Assembly: GCF_009914755.1 (NCBI RefSeq)
Contig: NC_060928.1
Reading direction: 5' to 3' (one strand)
Length of the DNA stretch: 64,000 bases
From: the human T2T-CHM13v2.0 reference genome, Homo sapiens
In this document: positions 58,161 to 64,000 of the stretch, piece by piece
Position numbering within the stretch: the stretch's first letter is position 1
How the letters are laid out: each line of letters starts with the position of its first letter
Notes under the pieces: model-generated
Database searches by the model: none
Seen by the model: only the letters and a program-made list of their open reading frames with translations
What the model was told of the DNA's origin: nothing
Made by a program: the position numbers and the translations under genes

Positions 58161-59317
58161 GAAGTGTGTGGACTCCACTATCAGGCTGATTTTCTTATGT
58201 TCCCCTTTCAGCTTTGCCTCTTAGAAAAAAATTGAAAACGTGTAAACAGAATATGTAGAGTGGTTTTTTTTTTTCGTATTAAGATGAAGTTGTTAATTAG
58301 TGGTAATGCATGTTTATCTGCTTGGCTCTTTGTTTAGCCGTATTCTTGGGTTACTTTCCACCAAAAGAGATACAAATTTCTTGATAAAAGTTTAGGTTGG
58401 GGGAATGTCTGCAAATGGCCATTTTCTGTAGGTGAATAAGTACATGTAGTTCACCTAGGGTCCATGAAAGCAGTCAAGGAGCTTTTCCATGACTGCTTTC
58501 ACTAGGAGTTCAAGGACCAAGCTGAACTTGTCCATTGCCCCAGGCTAGACACAGCGGTTAGTGTTCAGTAAGTATTAGTTTAACATCTTTTCTATTCTCC
58601 AGCACTTACACTAAGCTTTGAACATAAATGGTCAGTAAACATTTTGGATTCAGTTTAACAAAGGCTTATCAATCCCCATGCCTTGGTCCTACGTTACAGG
58701 CTGGGGGTGGAGGAGGGCCAGGGCAAGAGCACAGCCCCTGATTCGAAGTAGAATTTGGTTTTCTTAAGTGTAAAGTGCTCTGGGCAGGATTTTCAAGGAG
58801 ATGAGCTTAAATCTTGATGGGCAGGTAATAGAGATCAGGAATCAGTAAGAGCATCCACATAGGAGATAATATTTGAGATTAATTTCTGAACCTTAAAGGA
58901 AGAGGGCAGTGTAGTTGTGGCTTCAGCTGAAAAAAACTACAGTACAAGGAACAAGGCATTAGGATCTTACTTCAGGATTATCAAACCTTTCTATTGGTAT
59001 GATGGCTGGGGGTAGGGAATTGGCTGGGAAGGTAAGACTCCTCTTACTAGCCTCAAGGAGCATGGAGGGAATGTGTATTTAGTGCTGAGTTTGGTCTAGG
59101 TTATGAAGAATGCTTTGAAGTCAAGGCTAAGGTGGACTTGACCCAGGAGTGGCCCCCCAGGCTTTGCATACTAGTCCAGGGCTGCCTGTTCCACCATTCT
59201 GTCCAATTAGACATACTCCCCAGCCTGTTCCAATAGTCTGACGAAGCGAGAGGCCAAGCCCTGCCTTAAAACTTGGACACTCCCTTGCTGTGGGCAACCA
59301 AGACTAAGGGAGAGTCT

Positions 59318-59323
59318 GTTTTT

Positions 59324-59359
<36 letters not shown>

Positions 59360-59621
59360 TGAGACAGGGTCTTGCTCTGTTGCCAGGCTGGAGTGCAGTG
59401 GCACGATCATAGTTCACCGCAGCCTCCACCTCCTGAACTCAAGTGATCCTCTCATCTCAGCCTCCTGAGTAGCTGGGACCCCAGGCGTGTGCCACCACAC
59501 CGGCTAATTTTTTTATTTCTATTTTTGTAGAGAATAGTCTCGAACTTATGAGCTCAAGCGATCCCCCAGCCTCAGCCTCCCAAAATGCTGGGGTTACAGA
59601 TGTAAGCCACCACACCTGGCC
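59318..59621 (-). mobile_element. Alu (AluJ) with (TATT)n tail, antisense to KIT
   Basis: Antisense dimer; CTGTTTTT on both flanks. Confidence 0.9.
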
Positions 59622-59624
59622 TGT

Positions 59625-60070
59625 TTTTTTTTTTTTTAATAGTAAAACATACATAAAATGAAATTTACTACCTTAATCATCTTCAAATGTATATTTCAAT
59701 AGTGTTAAGTACATTCATACTGTTGAACACTTTCATCTTGCAAAACTGAAATTCTATACCCATTGAAGAGCAGCTCCCCTCTCCTTCCCCCAGCTTCTGG
59801 CAACCACCATTCTACTTTCTGTCTCTGAATTTGACTATTCCAGGTAACTCGCAAATGCAGAACCATACTGAATTTGTCTGTTTTTTGACTGGTTTATTTC
59901 ACATACCGTAACATCCTCAAGGTTCACCCCTATTGTAGTATAAGTCAGAATTTTCTTCCTTTTTAAGACTGAAAAATATTCCATTGTATGTATAGACCAC
60001 ATTCTGTTTACCTGTTCCTCCTTTGATGGACATTTGGGTTGCAAACAATGCTGTAATGAACATTTGCATG
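59625..60070 (-). mobile_element. L1MB-like 3' end, antisense to KIT
   Basis: CTGGCAACCACCATTCTACTTTCTGTCTCT...GATGGACATTTGGGTTG; ORFs 59835..60123 are L1 ORF2 remnants. Confidence 0.85.
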
Positions 60071-60936
60071 TAAGTATCTAAGGGAGATTTTTCGTGGAGA
60101 CTATTTAGGAGGGTTAAACTCATGGCTGCGAGCTACATGTTGGGGAGCTGGGCAGAAGATGGGCTCTTTAGATTATCTCTGAGTGAAGGGGTAGTGGACC
60201 TGGGTATTAGGGTACATGCTTTGGAAAGAAAGCGCCCTTAAGAGACACGAGGAGGATAAAGGTGCAGGTCTTCTCTCATTCGGCGTATTTATGGGCACCT
60301 TCTGTGTGTCAGGCACTGATGAGATTGAGGGGAAGGAGAACTGGAATTATCATGGGTGTAGGTAACTGGGAGTATTGTTGATACTATGGAATTAGTGGAA
60401 ATAAAGCCAAGAGGAGGGGTGGCCTATTTGAGGGAGAGAATACGATGTTGGACTCTGCTGGGTTTATTCATTGATTATTTGTGAGCTGCATTTTCTTGAA
60501 ACTCAATTTCACAGACATGGAGGGAAGACGTCAATGAAATCTTAGGGTCAGGTCCCTGTAAGAAATAAAACTAAACCCCAAAGTCACAAAACATGGCTCT
60601 ATAATATTACGGTAGCATTGGGGATTATAAAGAATGGTATGTTAACTGTGAACCAGTCTTATGGTGAAAAGTAAGTTTTCATGAAAAGGAGTGTATACTA
60701 GGAAGAGAATCCTGTATTCTTCTCTGCATTAGGCCATGTTTAAGGTATGTTTTTTGTTTTTCTCAGAATAAAATGGCCATACTGGGTATAGAGGAGGACA
60801 TAGAATTGACGAAAGCTTTGGGAAATAGGTCCTTTGAAAGCAACTTAAAGAAATTGGATTTATTAAGCCTGGAGAAGATAAGGTGAGGGAAGGTTTAGTG
60901 AATGACAGTCTTCAAATATTTTTAGTGTGTGAGTGA

Positions 60937-61310
<374 letters not shown>

Positions 61311-63180
61311 AATTTTTTTTTTTAAGGGAAAATTCTTTCATTAGAAGGGTTGGCAGAGACTTTATTCAGTTATAGGGCCTTTGCTGGAGCTGTGAAGAAA
61401 ACCAAGTAATTGTCATTTTGAAATGGTTCTTAGGTCCTCCCCAACTCAGTTGGTTTGATGGCCCTTTAAGGGCCTGCCTGAAATCGTTTGGGAATAATTC
61501 AGAAATGGGAAAATAACCAACCGTTTTTCTTTCCTCACTGCCTTGGCTGTGGGGCAGAGTTTCTCATAAATGCTGAATAGACTCTAACATAATCCACTAC
61601 TATAGTCACAATTTCGGCTATATTGATAACAGCAAGTAAAGAACCCACAGCCTAAAAATGGGTTATTGATCTGTTAGGTGTGGCGGGATCTAAACACAGA
61701 AGAAATTGTACGGTGTGGTAGCTTAAACTGAGTGTCAAAATAAGACAAAAGGAAGCTCAAGGTCTAGAGAAATCCATAATCTATCATTTAGCCCTACCCT
61801 AAGAATCGCTGTGCTATAACGCAGCATGTAGGCAGAAAGTCTGTAAGCATGAAGGACGGCTCCCAAAGTCCTTTTCTCTTGATTACTCAGGGGTGGATTG
61901 GTTACCCACCACTCTGACTACCCTTTCCATCTGTCCTTTCCCTCTGGTCATTTTGTGGTCATGGCTCAGTGGCACGTTTGAGATCAGCCCATGGTCCAGT
62001 GGGGAAGGTGGTAGAAATGACATTGCAATTCAGCAGCTACTGCTTGATAACATTTTATTAATACCTGTCACTTTGAAATTGATGAGTCTTAAGATGGGAT
62101 CCTTGCCTTTAAGGATCCTAGGACCTATAGGAAGATGGTCCTGGGTAGGCGCCAATGTTACAGGATTTGTAATAAGATTTAAGTTAACAATTCCAGTCCT
62201 ATTCATTACCATTGGTTTGGAGGACATAGGCATCACTTCTTGAATGGCCAATTGAAAGGAAGATAGGGGCCTGAATTAAATCTTAAAAGAGTGGGGTGGA
62301 ATTTGGTCAAGATGTGAAGAGGAAAAGCAAAGGTTAGAGTTAGCCGGAAGGCTCTGCTCCCGCCGACAGAACGTCTGTAGAGAGTAGCGGAAGATGAGAT
62401 GGGATAATTTTTAGGGCACCTGGATTTTTATTCTTCAATAATTGAAGTCTTTCCTGCAGTGCTATATGTGATGAGATTTTTGTAAATGTAATCTGGCTAA
62501 GTAGTTGCCTATTCAGAGAAATAACTTTTAAAAATGGAAAAGTATGGATATCACTTTTGCATGTATTACCTGTGTTGTATGTTCGATGCACATCCAGTAT
62601 GGATATGTATTTTGAGTTGTTTTTAAGTCCAAGGCTAATTCTGCTCCCTTCTCCCTACCGACCTTCCCCACTCCTAGCCAAGATTAGAGATTTTGTGGGC
62701 TCAACTTCTGATTGTGGCAGTAGATGACCTTTCATTTGCTTATTAACATATTTTAAATATTTAGCAAAATAATACACCTTGTTTATGTCAGTTTATTCAT
62801 TGAAGCAAAGATAGCAACAAACAAGCCTGCAAACCTTGATAAGGAGCCTGTGTGGTTTGGAACATCTTGAGATTCTTCCCTGGATCCCCCCGAGTCCTGT
62901 TTTAGAAACCTATTAGGGGCACACTGGTGGCTGCCCTCCCCAACCCAGGGAGTCTTCGGAGGGAGGAGGAGGTGGCTGTTTGTGGTGGGCAGAACTCTGT
63001 CACTTAAGGAAGAGGCGTGTCTGATAGCACTTGCCAGTAGTGAATGCCTCATTCTTGACCAAGTAGAAAAAAGATAAGAGGGAAAATGAAAAAGGTGAAA
63101 CGGTTCTCCTTTACCTTGTATTTTAAATTGCTTAGTGAGGCAAAATATCCACCTTCATTTGGGTTTACCCCAGGTAACTC

Positions 63181-63220
63181 ATTTCACAGGGTGTTAGAAC
63201 ATTTCAGAGGGTGTTAGAAA
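63181..63220 (+). repeat. Tandem duplication, period 20
   Basis: ATTTCACAGGGTGTTAGAAC / ATTTCAGAGGGTGTTAGAAA. Confidence 0.9.
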
Positions 63221-64000
63221 ATTCCAAACAATGGCCGGGACTCCCAGTAATTTAAATATAATGGCCTATGCGGGTTCTTAAGCAGAGGAATTAGTTAACA
63301 GAGTTAGAACAAAGGAGAGCATTATCACAAAGAGCTCTGGAAGTTAATGTGTCTCTTTTTATTGGAAAAGAAGTATTTCTAGAACAGGATTCAATTGGCT
63401 TCTGGGGAAAATATTTACTGGAGATTTTAGAAGTGTGAAAGGTGGCAGGAGACGTTGGCTGTCTGTTATTCTACTTGGCTAGTGCACACTTAAAAATAAA
63501 ACAAGACTATGTTAAAAAGATCTTGAGAATTCTACTTGGAAAGACTGAAGTAAAGATAGTACAGGTACTTTTCAAAGGATATAAATTTTGGCTTATAAAG
63601 TATTTTAAATGCAATTCCATCCCAACTTTCACAATGCAGACTTCCTTTTTAGTGGCTGATGTTGAAAGAAGGTACCTTAGAAAGATTTTCCATTTAAGAA
63701 ATGGTTGATATTGATATTTATTTGGCTGATAAAACACCACAAGGACTGGTTTTTAGAATTTTTTGTCATTGTTAAATCAAGCCAGGATTCTTAACCTAAA
63801 ATATGTTAGGATAGCTAATGAAAATACTTAATTGGAATGTTTAAATGTTTCTCTACTTATTTTAGTATAGTCTGTATATGTGCAGCTGGGAAATAGTATA
63901 TACATTTTTAGCCGCACCAAAAAGCATCACTTTGATAAAAGAGGACCCCCCCCCCTTGCTTTTTTAAAATAAACCAGCATATGTAGAAGGGTTTGTGAGT

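Noticed and set aside
61893-62251. Overlapping 116-aa and 73-aa ORFs in intron 1
   Set aside because: No similarity to KIT exon 2 or any family I recognise; lengths within chance expectation

Overview
Human genomic DNA (a human-specific AluYa5/Ya8-type insertion is present) covering about 52.7 kb of repeat-rich intergenic sequence upstream of the KIT proto-oncogene (chr4q12), the KIT CpG-island promoter with its three known G-quadruplex motifs (c-kit2, kit*, c-kit1), KIT exon 1 (ATG at 52756, 67 coding nt encoding most of the signal peptide [23 protein letters not shown]) and the first ~11 kb of intron 1. KIT exon 1 is the only coding sequence I can support. All other ORFs in the track lie in Alu, L1, LTR or GC-rich sequence, or have no recognisable protein character. 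The rest of the window is about 34 Alus, MIR/L2/L1 fragments, several solo LTRs (including a sense-oriented LTR12C ~24 kb upstream of KIT) and hAT DNA-transposon relics. I see no clearly new biological system. The best leads are regulatory or evolutionary: the LTR12C, an intron-1 segment (+3.6 to +5.9 kb) with an exact 19-nt spaced repeat/octamer, a duplication-created AP-1 site, a GATA/ETS cluster and a hairpin, a Ya5/Ya8-intermediate Alu, and a telomere-like patch at a disrupted Alu junction. Repeat family names are assigned by eye from remembered consensus sequences, and boundaries without TSDs are approximate.
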